A DNA stretch of 64,000 nucleotides from Candidatus Saccharimonadota bacterium (GTDB lineage Bacteria; Patescibacteriota; Saccharimonadia; Saccharimonadales; DTSZ01): contig DTSZ01000001.1 in the NCBI GenBank assembly GCA_012965045.1, forward strand, positions 284,937-348,936. The letters are read 5' to 3'. The position numbers were made by a program, and so were the translations under genes. The notes beneath the pieces are model-generated. The model was not told the origin of the DNA. It saw only the letters and a program-made list of their open reading frames with translations, and did no database searches. Positions within the stretch are counted from its first letter, which is position 1; each line of letters opens with the position of its first letter. This document shows positions 9,899-20,092 of this stretch, in pieces.

Positions 9899-10121
9899 TG
9901 TTTGACCCTTCTCCCACAACCTTAGCAACCGATTTATTTAAATTATCGTAATTTTTAAGCATTTTCTCGACTGCAGCTAATAACTCGTCTTTTTGAGCGC
10001 TACTGCGTGAAGCACTGACAATTGCTAGTAATTCTCTGATAAGTTCTAGATACGTTCCTGTTTCTTGCAGAAGCCGAGCCTTCTCATTAACATTAGAGCT
10101 GCTTTTTGGTTTATCGTCCAT
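9891..10121 (-). CDS. Hypothetical helical protein (76 aa)
   Basis: First ORF after rpsJ (57-nt gap). Helix-prone, charged sequence with no known motif. Confidence 0.55.
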   Translation of the reverse strand: MDDKPKSSSNVNEKARLLQETGTYLELIRELLAIVSASRSSAQKDELLAAVEKMLKNYDNLNKSVAKVVGEGSNNG

Positions 10122-10178
10122 ATAAAAAGCCTAGTGGTTTACCCACTAGGCTGCAAGCATATGCGCTAAGGACGATGG

Positions 10179-10496
10179 TTACATCTTGATTTCAGCGTCG
10201 CATCCGGCTGGCAAACTAAGGTTCATTAATGAATCAATAGTTTTTGGCGTTGGCTCTGTGATATCAATCAATCGCTTGTGAACACGCATTTCAAATTGTT
10301 CACGTGATTTTTTGTACACGTGCGGTGAACGAATAACAGTATACGTAGACTTTTTTGTCGGCAATGGAATTGGTCCATTTACTTTTGCGCCTGTTCGCTC
10401 GGCGGTTTCAATAATTTGCTTTGCACTCTGGTCAATTACTTTGTGATCGTACGCTTTTAGACGAATTCGAATTCGTTGCTTTTGTTGATCGGCCAT
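10179..10496 (-). CDS. rpsJ: 30S ribosomal protein S10
   Basis: 105 aa. [31 protein letters not shown]...GPIPLPT is canonical S10. Confidence 0.96.
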   Translation of the reverse strand: MADQQKQRIRIRLKAYDHKVIDQSAKQIIETAERTGAKVNGPIPLPTKKSTYTVIRSPHVYKKSREQFEMRVHKRLIDITEPTPKTIDSLMNLSLPAGCDAEIKM

Positions 10497-10615
10497 ATGT
10501 AAATCCTTTGTTTTGAGATTACGCGTCTAAACACTCGCGGCACTGTAACATCTCAAGGGTTCATAATTTGTAGAACCAAAGCGACTTTTAGTCAGTGCAA
10601 TTAGTTTATGACGAT

Positions 10616-10643
10616 ATTATAGCCTAGTTAGGTCGTCTGTCAA
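10616..10643 (-). promoter_or_regulatory. Consensus sigma-70 promoter for rpsJ (TTGACA-16-TATAAT)
   Basis: Minus strand reads TTGACA (10643-10638), 16 nt, then TATAAT (10621-10616). It abuts the stop of the 121-aa ORF and leaves a ~110-nt leader before rpsJ. Confidence 0.65.
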
Positions 10644-11009
10644 TTACAGTGGTGGCTCCAGGTCATTATCCTGGCCGCCACAGCGCAACATCGCATACGC
10701 TTCATGTTCGCGCACAACAAGAGCCTGAGCCCAAACATACTCAGCTTGATTACCCTCACTACTACGAATACTTTGCACTAAATCTTCAACCAAATCATTA
10801 ACTTCGTTAGCGCCGAGCTTAGCTGGAAACGACACCCAATGGTAGTCAATCCCAAACTCTTCTGTTGACTTGATTTGACGAGGCGTGCGTAACTCATAAA
10901 CAATGTGACTGCCAACCAGGACTCCTCGCAGAGCAGCATCTAGCTCATCGTTAGTACGTAAACTGCACACATCTTCATTAAGTTTCGATTGTATATGCAG
11001 GTCTTCCAT
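10644..11009 (-). CDS. Hypothetical protein (121 aa) inserted between tuf and rpsJ
   Basis: Same-strand ORF with no recognisable family. Confidence 0.6.
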   Translation of the reverse strand: MEDLHIQSKLNEDVCSLRTNDELDAALRGVLVGSHIVYELRTPRQIKSTEEFGIDYHWVSFPAKLGANEVNDLVEDLVQSIRSSEGNQAEYVWAQALVVREHEAYAMLRCGGQDNDLEPPL

Positions 11010-11093
11010 GTGATCTATATAATACAGTAGCCAAAAAATAAAAAGAACCTCGCAAATAACGAGGCTCTTTTTGAGCGGTCAGTCAAACTGCTA

Positions 11094-12278
11094 CTATTTG
11101 TTGATTTTAGTCACAACACCAGCACCAACAGTTCGGCCACCTTCACGGATAGCAAAACGTAGCCCTTGGTCCATAGCGATTGGCTGGATAAGCTTCACTT
11201 TGAAAGTGATTGTGTCACCAGGCATAACCATTTCAACGTCAGCTGGAAGTTCAACTTCACCAGTTACGTCCGTAGTACGGAAGTAGAACTGTGGCTTGTA
11301 TCCTTTGAAGAATGGAGTGTGTCGTCCACCTTCGTCTTTAGTTAGGATGTAAACTTCAGCGTCAAATTCTGTGTGCGGAGTAATTGTTCCTGGCTTTGCC
11401 AAAACTTGTCCACGTTCAATGTCTTCACGTTCAACACCACGTAGCAACACACCAACGTTGTCACCAGCTTGACCTTGGTCAAGGTTTTTGTTGAACATTT
11501 CAACACCAGTTACTGTAGTTTTTGTAGTGTCTTTAAGACCAATGATCTCAATTTCTTCACCAACTTTAACTACACCAGTTTCTACACGACCAGTTGCAAC
11601 CGTTCCACGTCCTTTGATTGAGAAAACGTCTTCGATTGGCATTAGGAAGTCTTTGTCTAGTTCTCGTTTTGGCTCTTCGATGTATTCGTCCATAGCCTTA
11701 ACAAGTTCCATTACAGAGTTCATGTGTTCTTCGTCGTCTTCAAGAGCTTTTAGTGCAGAACCTTTAATGATTGGTGCGTTGTCGCCATCAAAGTCGTACT
11801 TGCTAAGAAGTTCACGAACGTCCATTTCAACTAGTTCTACTAGTTCAGGGTCAGCCATGTCCATCTTGTTCAAGAAAACAACAATCTTTGGTACACCAAC
11901 TTGGCGAGCCAATAGAACGTGTTCACGAGTTTGTGGCATTGGGCCATCAGCTGCGGATACAACCAAGACAGCACCGTCAACCTGTGCAGCACCAGTGATC
12001 ATGTTTTTTACGTAGTCAGCGTGACCAGGCATGTCAACGTGTGCGTAGTGACGATTTTCTGATTCGTACTCTTGGTGAGAAGTAGCAATGGTAATACCAC
12101 GTGCTTTTTCTTCTGGAGCTTTGTCAATTTCGTCGTAAGCAATTGACTTGTTTACGTCGCTTGGAAGCTTTTTAGACAGCGTGTAAGTAATCGCTGCAGT
12201 TAGTGTAGTTTTACCGTGGTCAACGTGGCCCATAGTACCAACGTTTACGTGCGGCTTTGAACGATCAAAATCAGCCAT
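11094..12278 (-). CDS. tuf: Elongation factor Tu
   Basis: 394 aa with [17 protein letters not shown] and NKMD GTPase motifs. SD AAAGGAG upstream. Confidence 0.98.
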   Translation of the reverse strand: MADFDRSKPHVNVGTMGHVDHGKTTLTAAITYTLSKKLPSDVNKSIAYDEIDKAPEEKARGITIATSHQEYESENRHYAHVDMPGHADYVKNMITGAAQVDGAVLVVSAADGPMPQTREHVLLARQVGVPKIVVFLNKMDMADPELVELVEMDVRELLSKYDFDGDNAPIIKGSALKALEDDEEHMNSVMELVKAMDEYIEEPKRELDKDFLMPIEDVFSIKGRGTVATGRVETGVVKVGEEIEIIGLKDTTKTTVTGVEMFNKNLDQGQAGDNVGVLLRGVEREDIERGQVLAKPGTITPHTEFDAEVYILTKDEGGRHTPFFKGYKPQFYFRTTDVTGEVELPADVEMVMPGDTITFKVKLIQPIAMDQGLRFAIREGGRTVGAGVVTKINK

Positions 12279-12300
12279 TCAATTTCTCCTTTTCATAATA

Positions 12301-12326
12301 AAAAGCTCGTTTATTTATGAGCTTTT
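12301..12326 (-). terminator. Hairpin with U-tract between the lipoprotein ORF and tuf (terminator/attenuator or processing hairpin)
   Basis: Minus strand reads AAAAGCTC-ATAAATAAAC-GAGCTTTT followed by TATTATG, about 20 nt upstream of the tuf SD. Confidence 0.35.
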
Positions 12327-12448
12327 TTGGTTATGAGTTTTATTGTTAATACTTAATATTTACGCGGTCCATGTTGCATAGCAGCAACGCCCTCACGCGA
12401 GATACTGTATAGCTTATCGTAACTGTGGTGGGATGTAAAGCTAATCGA

Positions 12449-12874
12449 CTAGGATATTGTGCTTTCAAAAAGATGTTCTTCTAACTGAGATTTGCTAATA
12501 AATTCACCAATCTCTAAAGGTATTTGCTCTTGTGAAGCCAAGTCTAAAATAAAAGAACCTGTGCAACTCACCTCTCTGCCAGTTTCGTCAATTGTATATC
12601 CTCGTTCTTTGTCGCTTTGATCTTCGCAGGCATCAATAAGGACTGTCACTACATCATGAGTGGAATGATATACTCTTCGTCTTTGCAGGTATATCGGATT
12701 ATCGGTAAGGCTGTACATCGCAATATTTGGAGGCAGAATCCTGTACCGATTCGCCGTACCTTCTTCTACTGAGCTCACATATCCCTGTTCAGGGAGTCGG
12801 GCTACATCTGCAGCGCAACCACTCACCATAACAGCAGAAGCTAACGTTGCTGCTGCTGTTTCCGTGAGTTTCAT
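12449..12874 (-). CDS. Hypothetical lipoprotein (141 aa) inserted between fusA and tuf
   Basis: The N-terminus MKLTETAAATLASAVMVSGCAAD has a signal peptide plus lipobox-like VSGC. The remainder has no known motif. Confidence 0.65.
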   Translation of the reverse strand: MKLTETAAATLASAVMVSGCAADVARLPEQGYVSSVEEGTANRYRILPPNIAMYSLTDNPIYLQRRRVYHSTHDVVTVLIDACEDQSDKERGYTIDETGREVSCTGSFILDLASQEQIPLEIGEFISKSQLEEHLFESTIS

Positions 12875-12898
12875 AAAGCTCCTGGTTGGGGCCTACTC

Positions 12899-14986
12899 TT
12901 AACCTTGCTGCTTAGCAATCACTGCTTCGGCTACGTGTGGAGGTACTTCACCGTAGTGGTCAAGTTCCATTGAGCTAGCTGCACGTCCTTGGGTTTTTGA
13001 ACGAAGGTCGTTTGTGTAGCCAAACATTTCAGCCAAAGGCACAAACGAAGTAATTTCTTTAGCATTTGCTGGCAAGTCTTCCATTGATTCGATTCGGCCA
13101 CGACGAGAGTTTAAGTCACCAACGACGTCACCCATGAATTCTTCTGGACAGATTACAACAACTTTCATGACAGGTTCGAGTAGTACTGGGTTTGACTTCT
13201 TAACACCAGCTTGTAATGCCATTGATCCAGCGATTTTAAAGGCTGCTTCAGACGAGTCAACGTCGTGGTAGCTTCCGTCATACAGGCTGGCCTTAATGTC
13301 AACAACTGGGTAGCCAGCAATAACACCATTAGCCATAGCTTCTTCGATTCCTTGCTGAACAGGCTTAATGTATTCTCGAGGAACAACGCCGCCCTTAATT
13401 TCGTCAACAAATTCGAATCCAGCACCTGGTTCTTGTGGCTCAAGACGCAACCATACGTCACCATACTGACCACGACCACCAGACTGTCGAATGAACTTAC
13501 CTTGTATTTCAACACCAGATTTCTTAATAGTTTCACGGTATGCAACCTGTGGTTGACCAATGTTGGCTTCAACCTTAAATTCTCGTTTCATACGATCAAC
13601 GATAATTTCTAAGTGAAGTTCGCCCATACCGCTAATAATTGTCTGGCCAGTTTCGTGGTCAACCTTAACGCGGAATGTCGGGTCTTCTTCAGCCAAACGC
13701 TGAAGGGCGACACCCATTTTTTCTTGGTCGGCTTTAGTTTTAGGTTCAATTGCAATTGCTACTGGAGGGTCAGGGAAATCAATCTTTTCAAGCATAATTG
13801 GACTACCGACATCACTCAGTGAATCACCGGTAGTGGTATCTTTAAGACCAACAGCAGCTGCAATATCACCAGCTTTTACTGACTTAACTTCTTCCCGGTC
13901 GTTCGCGTGCATACGGAGCAAGCGACCAATTCGTTCTTTATTGCCTGTAGATACATTTAGTACGTACGATCCAGCATCCAGTGTGCCTGAATAAACTCTA
14001 AAGAAGGCAAGCTTACCGACAAATGGGTCGGTTGCGATCTTAAAAGCCAAAGCAGATAGTGGCTCACTGGTGTCGGGTTTACGTTCCATAGTCTCTTCGG
14101 TTTTCGGGTTTTTACCGAATGTTGAACCTCGGTCAAGTGGACTTGGGAGGTAATCAACAACAAGGTCAAGAACTTTTTCTACGATCACGCCGCGTCCGTC
14201 GCCGCCAGTTACAGCAAAGAATTCACCAGACAAAACAGCTTTTCTAACTGCTGACTTAATTTCTTCTTCGCTTAGAGCTTCTTCGCCGTTTTCGAGGAAC
14301 TTCATCATTAAGTCGTCGTCAAATTCAACAGCTGACTCAATTAAAAGACTTCGATAATTTTTAGCTTTTTCAAGCATATCTGCCGGTACATCGCCCTCTA
14401 TAAGTTCTTTGTCAGTAAAGTCCTTGTAGGTGTAGGCTTTCATGCTAACGAGGTCGATAATGCCGTTAATTTCTTTTTCGAAGCCAATCGGTAGGTGAAT
14501 TGGGTGAGCGCGGCGAGTTAAGCGAGCGTGAATACTGTCCAGTGATTTATAGAAGTCACCACCGGTTTGGTTAATTTTGTTTACAAAGCAAATACGTGGA
14601 ACACCGTACTTGTTGGCTTGGCGCCATACAGTTTCGGTTTGGGATTCAACACCCATTTTTCCGTCAAATACAGTAACTGCACCATCTAATACACGCAAAG
14701 ACCGCTCTACCTCGACGGTAAAGTCAATGTGGCCGGGGGTGTCGATAATGTTAATTTGGTGATCTTTCCAGTAACACGTTGTAGCAGCAGATGTAATGGT
14801 AATACCACGTTCTTGCTCTTGTTCCATCCAGTCCATTGTGGCTTCGCCGTCGTGAACCGCACCAATTTTGTGCTTCATACCGGTGCGATACAAAATACCT
14901 TCGGTAGTTGTTGTTTTACCTGCGTCAATATGCGCAATAATACCGATGTTTCGGTAGTCTTTTAGTTCATATGTCTTGTCTGCCAT
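12899..14986 (-). CDS. fusA: Elongation factor G
   Basis: [17 protein letters not shown] and NKINQ GTPase motifs plus EF-G domains. The ATG at 14986 ([15 protein letters not shown]...) is preferred over the in-frame ATG at 15004 because of N-terminal length and a GGGAG upstream. Confidence 0.96.
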   Translation of the reverse strand: MADKTYELKDYRNIGIIAHIDAGKTTTTEGILYRTGMKHKIGAVHDGEATMDWMEQEQERGITITSAATTCYWKDHQINIIDTPGHIDFTVEVERSLRVLDGAVTVFDGKMGVESQTETVWRQANKYGVPRICFVNKINQTGGDFYKSLDSIHARLTRRAHPIHLPIGFEKEINGIIDLVSMKAYTYKDFTDKELIEGDVPADMLEKAKNYRSLLIESAVEFDDDLMMKFLENGEEALSEEEIKSAVRKAVLSGEFFAVTGGDGRGVIVEKVLDLVVDYLPSPLDRGSTFGKNPKTEETMERKPDTSEPLSALAFKIATDPFVGKLAFFRVYSGTLDAGSYVLNVSTGNKERIGRLLRMHANDREEVKSVKAGDIAAAVGLKDTTTGDSLSDVGSPIMLEKIDFPDPPVAIAIEPKTKADQEKMGVALQRLAEEDPTFRVKVDHETGQTIISGMGELHLEIIVDRMKREFKVEANIGQPQVAYRETIKKSGVEIQGKFIRQSGGRGQYGDVWLRLEPQEPGAGFEFVDEIKGGVVPREYIKPVQQGIEEAMANGVIAGYPVVDIKASLYDGSYHDVDSSEAAFKIAGSMALQAGVKKSNPVLLEPVMKVVVICPEEFMGDVVGDLNSRRGRIESMEDLPANAKEITSFVPLAEMFGYTNDLRSKTQGRAASSMELDHYGEVPPHVAEAVIAKQQG

Positions 14987-15072
14987 GTGGTACGTTGCTC
15001 CCATTCACTACAAGTGAAATTATTTAACTTTAAAATAGCCGCTGTTCGCGGCTCGTTACACCTAGAATACCT

Positions 15073-15261
15073 CTAATTGTTATCTGGTGCAAGATAACAA
15101 AATCCAGCAATCTCCATCTGCGCGATCTTCGCTGATAACGCATCGCGCCTAATTCCATGCACGAGCGGGTCGCTTGTGTCCTGAGAATACTCAGAAGCTT
15201 GTTCAGCCGACATGCCGCTCATGCGATCTAATTCTAAATCGTAAAGGTGTTTAAGATTCAT
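15073..15261 (-). CDS. Hypothetical small protein (62 aa) inserted between rpsG and fusA
   Basis: Same-strand ORF starting 7 nt after the rpsG stop. Short, so coding status is uncertain. Confidence 0.4.
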   Translation of the reverse strand: MNLKHLYDLELDRMSGMSAEQASEYSQDTSDPLVHGIRRDALSAKIAQMEIAGFCYLAPDNN

Positions 15262-15268
15262 TCAACAA

Positions 15269-15757
15269 TTAGTAGCGGGCGAAGTGTGCGAACGCACGGT
15301 TGGCTTCGGCCATTCGGTGTACGTCTTCTTTTTTCTTAACAGCTGAACCAGTTTCGTTAACCGCATCAACAATTTCGGCAGCCATTACTTCTGCAAATGG
15401 CTTTCCTGCACTTTTACGTCGAGAACGAGCAGCTTCGATAAACCACATTAGTGTTAAGTGAGTCTGACGATTACCTTGTACAGGGAATGGAATTTGATAG
15501 TTTGCTCCACCAACGCGTCGTGATCGGACTTCTACACTTGGACGAATATTATCGATTGCTTGTTCGATGGTCTTAAGCGGGTCTTTTGACTTAAGCTTAG
15601 TAGCAGCCAATTCCATAGCTTGGTAAACTGCAGCTTCAGCTTTTTGTTTCTTGCCGTCTTGCATAGTCTTGTTAATGATTTTTTGAACCAAAACAGAGCC
15701 GTACTTACGGTCGCCCGGAATGTCTCTGATTAATGATTTAGTCTTCTTACGTGGCAT
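15269..15757 (-). CDS. rpsG: 30S ribosomal protein S7
   Basis: 162 aa. MPRKKTKSLIRDIPGDRKYGS...NRAFAHFAR is S7-like. Confidence 0.96.
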   Translation of the reverse strand: MPRKKTKSLIRDIPGDRKYGSVLVQKIINKTMQDGKKQKAEAAVYQAMELAATKLKSKDPLKTIEQAIDNIRPSVEVRSRRVGGANYQIPFPVQGNRQTHLTLMWFIEAARSRRKSAGKPFAEVMAAEIVDAVNETGSAVKKKEDVHRMAEANRAFAHFARY

Positions 15758-15825
15758 AATTACTCCTTTAGTTGTGGTCGGCTCCCGTTATGTAGCGGGC
15801 CGTCTTCACTATTGCCTTATTATAG

Positions 15826-16233
15826 TTAGTCTTTTTTAGCGCCGTACTTACTGCGTCGTTGTTTACGGTCGGACACGCCCTGAAGGTCGAGTGTTCCGCG
15901 AACAATGTGATAACGCACGCCCGGAAGGTCCGGTACACGCCCGCCACGCACGAGAACAACAGCGTGTTCTTGTAGGTTGTGACCTTCGCCGCCAATGTAC
16001 GCCCAAACTTCTTGACCGTTTGTTAGACGAACACGAGCCACTTTACGTAGCGCTGAGTTTGGTTTACGCGGGGTTCGGGTAGTCACCTTAATACAAACGC
16101 CACGGCGTAGTGGTGTGTCTTTTTTGTATTTACGATTGTGCAGTGAATCCTGAACAAAGTGCAAGTCAGCTGACTTACTCTTCTTTTTTGTGGTTGATCG
16201 GCCCTTACGAACCAATTGGTTAATTGTAGGCAT
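15826..16233 (-). CDS. rpsL: 30S ribosomal protein S12
   Basis: 135 aa. [12 protein letters not shown]...[11 protein letters not shown] is S12-like. Confidence 0.97.
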   Translation of the reverse strand: MPTINQLVRKGRSTTKKKSKSADLHFVQDSLHNRKYKKDTPLRRGVCIKVTTRTPRKPNSALRKVARVRLTNGQEVWAYIGGEGHNLQEHAVVLVRGGRVPDLPGVRYHIVRGTLDLQGVSDRKQRRSKYGAKKD

Positions 16234-16279
16234 TACGCTCCTGCTCTTTCTTCAAATGTGAACTTTAACAGATAAGACA

Positions 16280-19200
16280 TTATTCTGCAACCTCTGTTAC
16301 TTCATCGGCCTGATCATTATTGACTCGAGCCCCTGTACCAACAGGAATCTTTCGACCAATAATAACGTTTTCTTTAAGACCGTACAGGTTGTCGACTCGT
16401 CCGTTAACAGCAGCCTGTATCAATACGCGAGTTGTATCTTGGAAACTGGCGGCAGATAGGAATGAGTCAGACCATGTAGAAACCTTGGTGATTCCAAGTA
16501 GTAGCTGACTGTACTGTGCTGGTTCTTTACCGGCGTCAGCAAGGGTCTTATTCTCGTCAATAATCGCAGCTTTAGACACGATGTCACCAATTACAAAACT
16601 ACTGTCACCTGGGTCGTCAACTTGAACACGGCTAAACATTTGGTTAACCACAATTTCAAGGTGCTTGTCGGCAATGTTGTGGCCTTGGCTAGCAAAAATT
16701 CGACGAATTTCTGTAATGATGTAGCGTTGAGTTTCGAGTACTCCCTTGAGCTTCATCAATTCACGCACGTTGATAGAACCAGTTGTAAGACGATCACCTT
16801 TTTCTACACTGTCGCCATCGCTAACAGTTAGGGCTTTAAAGCCAGGTATTTCGTACAATCGGACCTTACCAGTGTCGCCAATGACAACTATTTGATCAGC
16901 GTAGACTTCTGCCACGCCGTCGATCTTAGCGGCGAGTGGTTTTTTACCATCTTTGTCTGCTAATACGTCGCCAGCTTTAACCTTGCTGCCTGACTTGATC
17001 TGTACTTTTCGATCGCCAAGCTCATGAGCAACAGCTTTGTCAGCGTCGGAAGCAACCTGAACCACGTAATGATTGCCAGCTTCACGAATGCTTACTTTTC
17101 CGTCGATTTCAGTTAAGAAAGCTTGTCCTTTTGGATTACGAGCTTCTAGAAGTTCGTCTACACGAGGAAGACCTTGCGTGATGTCTTCACCAGCCACACC
17201 ACCGGCGTGGAAGGTTCGCAGTGTTAGCTGCGTACCAGGTTCACCAATACTCTGGGCTGCAATAACACCAACTGGAGTAAATGGTTTAACTAACTCACTT
17301 TTACTCATGTCTACACCGTAGCTAGATGGGCTAATCCCACGAACTGATGTATCGGTTAGAATGCTTCTTATAGTCGCTTCTTGAACATCGTGTTCGTCGA
17401 TTTCTTCTGCAATGTCTGGAGTAATAAGGTCTCCAGCTTTTGCGAGTACTTTGCTGCCAGCTTTTAGGTCTGCGGCTAAAATACGTCCTGTTACACGGTC
17501 GGCAAACTCTAGGCCAATACCTTCAGTTTCTTCACGAGTAATGGTGTACCCTGGGTCTTCGACATCGGTGTCGTTTATAAACACATCTTGAACAACGTCA
17601 ACCATACGTCGGGTAAGGTACCCTGAGTCGGCTGTTTTTAGCGCGGTGTCGATCATAGTACGTCGAGTACCACGAGTTGAGATAAAGTTCTCAAGGCTTG
17701 AAAGTCCGCGCTTGTAGTTGTTCTTAATTGGTAGTTCAATAATTCTACCGGTTGTGTCAGCAACCATACCAAGTGAACCAGTCACCTGTTTTAGCTGACC
17801 AACGTTACCACGAGCACCTGAAATCGCCGCTAATGAAACTGATGAGTCAGTTTCTTCAAAAGTAGATTCAAGTGTCTGCATGACTTTGTCGTCTACGTCG
17901 CGCCAGCTGTCTACGGTTAGGCGGTAGCGTTCTTCTTCTGTAATAAGACCTTCTTCGTATTGGTCAGAAATTTCTGCTGCTCGCTTATCGCCTTCTTCCA
18001 TAATGTCGTCAAGCTCAGCAATGTCTGGGTAGTCAAACACACCAGTAGAAAGACCAGATGCTGTTGCATATTCGAAACCTAAATCTTTAAGTTCGTCAGC
18101 AACTTCAGCTGTTACGTCGCTGCCGTATTTGGCAAATATCTTAGCCATAATCTTAGCAAGTGATTTTTTGGTACCAGTAACGTCTTGGAACGGAAAGTCT
18201 TCTGGCAAGATTTCGTTAAACAATACCCGACCTAACGTCGTGTCACGTCGTGCACCTTTGGCAAAAATAGAAACTGGAGATTGAAGTTTGATGTGACCTT
18301 GGTCGTACGCATAGAGTGCTTCGTCGATGTCAGAAAACACCGGTCGCTTACCTTCTAGCTTGTATTTTTCGTACGTTAAGTAGTAACAACCCAATACAAT
18401 ATCCTGCTGGATGTGCAGAATTGGCGAACCGTCAGACGGTTTAAGCAGGTTTTTGCGAGCTGTCATTAGTTCGCGGGCTTCAGCCTGCGCTGCGTCACTT
18501 AATGGTAAGTGAACTGCCATTTGGTCACCATCGAAGTCTGCGTTGAATCCAGCACAAACAAGCGGGTGAAGCTGAATAGCTTTACCTTCAATCAATACCG
18601 GTTGGAAAGCTTGAATACCGAGTCGGTGAAGAGTTGGAGCACGGTTAAGTAGTACGTACTTGCCTTTAATCACCTCGTCCAACGCGTCCCATACCTCTGC
18701 ATCACCAGATTCAATCATGCGTGTAGCTGATTTGATGTTGTGTGCGTAATCAAGCTCGATTAATCGGCCAATCACAAATGGTTTAAACAATTCGAGGGCC
18801 ATCATTTTTGGCAGACCACATTGTTCGATGTTTAATTCAGGACCGGCTACGATTACTGAACGACCTGAGTAGTCAACTCGCTTACCAAGGAGGTTTTGTC
18901 GGAATCGACCTTGCTTACCTTTAAGCATATCGCTGAGTGATTTTAGTTTTCTGCGACCGCCAGTTGCTGCTACAGCTCGTCCGCTACGTGAAGCGTTGTT
19001 GTCAATTAATGCATCGACAGCTTCTTGAAGCATTCGTTGTTCGTTTCGCTGAATAACTTCTGGGGCTTTAAGATCAACCAACTTTTTAAGACGATTGTTT
19101 CGGTTAATTACTCGTCGGTACAAGTCATTTAAGTCACTTGTAGCAAAACGACCACCGGTAAGCTGCACCATTGGGCGGAGGTCTGGTGGGATTACTGGCA

Positions 19201-20092
19201 ATGCAGTCATAATCATAGACTTCGGCTGAATATTAGCTCGTTGCATACCTTCGAGCATTTTTAGACGTTTAACAAGTCGTTTTCGACGTTGTCCTTTGGC
19301 GCCGTCAGCTTGTTCGGTCAAATCAGCAATCAAATCTTCTAGTTTGATTTCGTCCAACAAAGCTTTGATGGCTTTTCCACCCATTTTTACTGTTACCAAG
19401 TCGCGGTACTCGCGAGGCATTTCACGGTAAGCGCCTTCAGTAATAAGGGCTTTTTTAACTAAGCTTAGTAATTGAGCTCGCTTGGTGTCGTATTCGGCGG
19501 CTGTATCTTCGAGTTCTTTGCTTTGCTGCTTAGCAAGTTCTTTAACATCGGCGTTTTCTTCTTTAGACGCTTGTTCAAAACGAGCTTTAATTGCTGCTTG
19601 CGCTGCTTCTGCTTCGGCATCAAGGTCGGCAATCATTTGGTCACGGGCTTCACCGTCGACTTTTGTAACGATGTAGCTAGCGAAGTACACAACTTTTTCA
19701 AGATTTTTGACAGTCATGTTTAGAATCAAACCAACTGCACTTGGCGTACCGCGCAAGAACCAAATGTGTGTCACAGGAGCCGCTAGGCTAATGTGGCCCA
19801 TTCGTTCACGACGAACAATACTCTTAGTGACAATTTCACCTTTGTGATCGCGTGCAACTTCTCGGTTACGAATACCGCGGTATTTTGGATCGTTGGGGTT
19901 AATGTCTTTAACTGGACCAAAAATTCTTTCACAGAACAACCCGTCTCGTTCTGGTTTTTGGGTTCGGTAGTTAATGGTTTCTGGTTTTAACACTTCACCG
20001 TGCGACCATTCAAGAATTCTCTCAGATGATGCGATTGTTAGACGAACAGCGTCAAAGTCTGTCATGTCCTTACTGTATCCTTGAGCGTACAT
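16280..20092 (-). CDS. rpoC: DNA-directed RNA polymerase subunit beta-prime
   Basis: 1270 aa with the NADFDGDQM catalytic motif. The ATG at 20092 forms a TAATG overlap with the rpoB stop. Confidence 0.97.
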   Translation of the reverse strand: MYAQGYSKDMTDFDAVRLTIASSERILEWSHGEVLKPETINYRTQKPERDGLFCERIFGPVKDINPNDPKYRGIRNREVARDHKGEIVTKSIVRRERMGHISLAAPVTHIWFLRGTPSAVGLILNMTVKNLEKVVYFASYIVTKVDGEARDQMIADLDAEAEAAQAAIKARFEQASKEENADVKELAKQQSKELEDTAAEYDTKRAQLLSLVKKALITEGAYREMPREYRDLVTVKMGGKAIKALLDEIKLEDLIADLTEQADGAKGQRRKRLVKRLKMLEGMQRANIQPKSMIMTALPVIPPDLRPMVQLTGGRFATSDLNDLYRRVINRNNRLKKLVDLKAPEVIQRNEQRMLQEAVDALIDNNASRSGRAVAATGGRRKLKSLSDMLKGKQGRFRQNLLGKRVDYSGRSVIVAGPELNIEQCGLPKMMALELFKPFVIGRLIELDYAHNIKSATRMIESGDAEVWDALDEVIKGKYVLLNRAPTLHRLGIQAFQPVLIEGKAIQLHPLVCAGFNADFDGDQMAVHLPLSDAAQAEARELMTARKNLLKPSDGSPILHIQQDIVLGCYYLTYEKYKLEGKRPVFSDIDEALYAYDQGHIKLQSPVSIFAKGARRDTTLGRVLFNEILPEDFPFQDVTGTKKSLAKIMAKIFAKYGSDVTAEVADELKDLGFEYATASGLSTGVFDYPDIAELDDIMEEGDKRAAEISDQYEEGLITEEERYRLTVDSWRDVDDKVMQTLESTFEETDSSVSLAAISGARGNVGQLKQVTGSLGMVADTTGRIIELPIKNNYKRGLSSLENFISTRGTRRTMIDTALKTADSGYLTRRMVDVVQDVFINDTDVEDPGYTITREETEGIGLEFADRVTGRILAADLKAGSKVLAKAGDLITPDIAEEIDEHDVQEATIRSILTDTSVRGISPSSYGVDMSKSELVKPFTPVGVIAAQSIGEPGTQLTLRTFHAGGVAGEDITQGLPRVDELLEARNPKGQAFLTEIDGKVSIREAGNHYVVQVASDADKAVAHELGDRKVQIKSGSKVKAGDVLADKDGKKPLAAKIDGVAEVYADQIVVIGDTGKVRLYEIPGFKALTVSDGDSVEKGDRLTTGSINVRELMKLKGVLETQRYIITEIRRIFASQGHNIADKHLEIVVNQMFSRVQVDDPGDSSFVIGDIVSKAAIIDENKTLADAGKEPAQYSQLLLGITKVSTWSDSFLSAASFQDTTRVLIQAAVNGRVDNLYGLKENVIIGRKIPVGTGARVNNDQADEVTEVAE

